Shown: in pieces, positions 60,634 through 60,635 of the stretch
Position numbering within the stretch: position 1 is the stretch's first letter
Layout of the letters: the number at the start of each line of letters is the position of its first letter
IMG/VR virus record: IMGVR_UViG_3300025865_000001
Length of the DNA: 60,635 nucleotides
Reading direction: 5' to 3' (one strand)
Source: an uncultured virus (IMG/VR IMGVR_UViG_3300025865_000001)
Taxonomy: Duplodnaviria; Heunggongvirae; Uroviricota; Caudoviricetes
Position numbers and translations under genes: made by a program
Notes under the pieces: model-generated
What the model was told of the DNA's origin: nothing
Seen by the model: only the letters and a program-made list of their open reading frames with translations
Database searches by the model: none

Positions 60634-60635
60634 CC

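Overview
AT-rich (roughly 35% GC by eye) segment of a large tailed dsDNA bacteriophage with a bacterial host (many sigma70/sigmaA promoters, Shine-Dalgarno sites, genetic code 11). Bases 1-10470 (+) are the end of the virion/tail module: tail fibre, tandem-domain tail protein, SAM methyltransferase, a 1730-aa 23-aa-repeat protein and a holin-like protein. A bidirectional terminator near 10.5 kb separates this from about 50 kb of minus-strand early/middle genes. These cover nucleotide metabolism (intein-containing NrdJ, dUTPase, ThyX, dNMP kinase, IMPDH/GMPR-like, divergent archaeal-type PurA), replication (DnaE, primase-helicase, SSB, Sak4, Cas4-like nuclease), six DNA methyltransferases, four free-standing homing endonucleases, two RNA ligases (RtcB, Rnl2-like), a tyrosine recombinase, ten tRNA genes and many small ORFs. 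Three things stand out. (1) An 18-bp palindrome, ATAAAA-N6-TTTTAT, occurs about 20 times, nearly always at gene junctions; it brackets duplicated genes and truncates two ORFs, suggesting an integron-like cassette system driven by the tyrosine recombinase. (2) A non-coding RNA island at about 29.9-33.7 kb holds two covarying pseudoknot repeats resembling orphan type III (CptI-like) antitoxins, a tmRNA reduced to its tRNA-like domain, several tRNA-shaped RNAs without anticodon loops, and tRNAs with UCA, ACC and UAU anticodons. (3) The PurA homologue has a rewired substrate loop. All calls are from manual reading; no searches were run.
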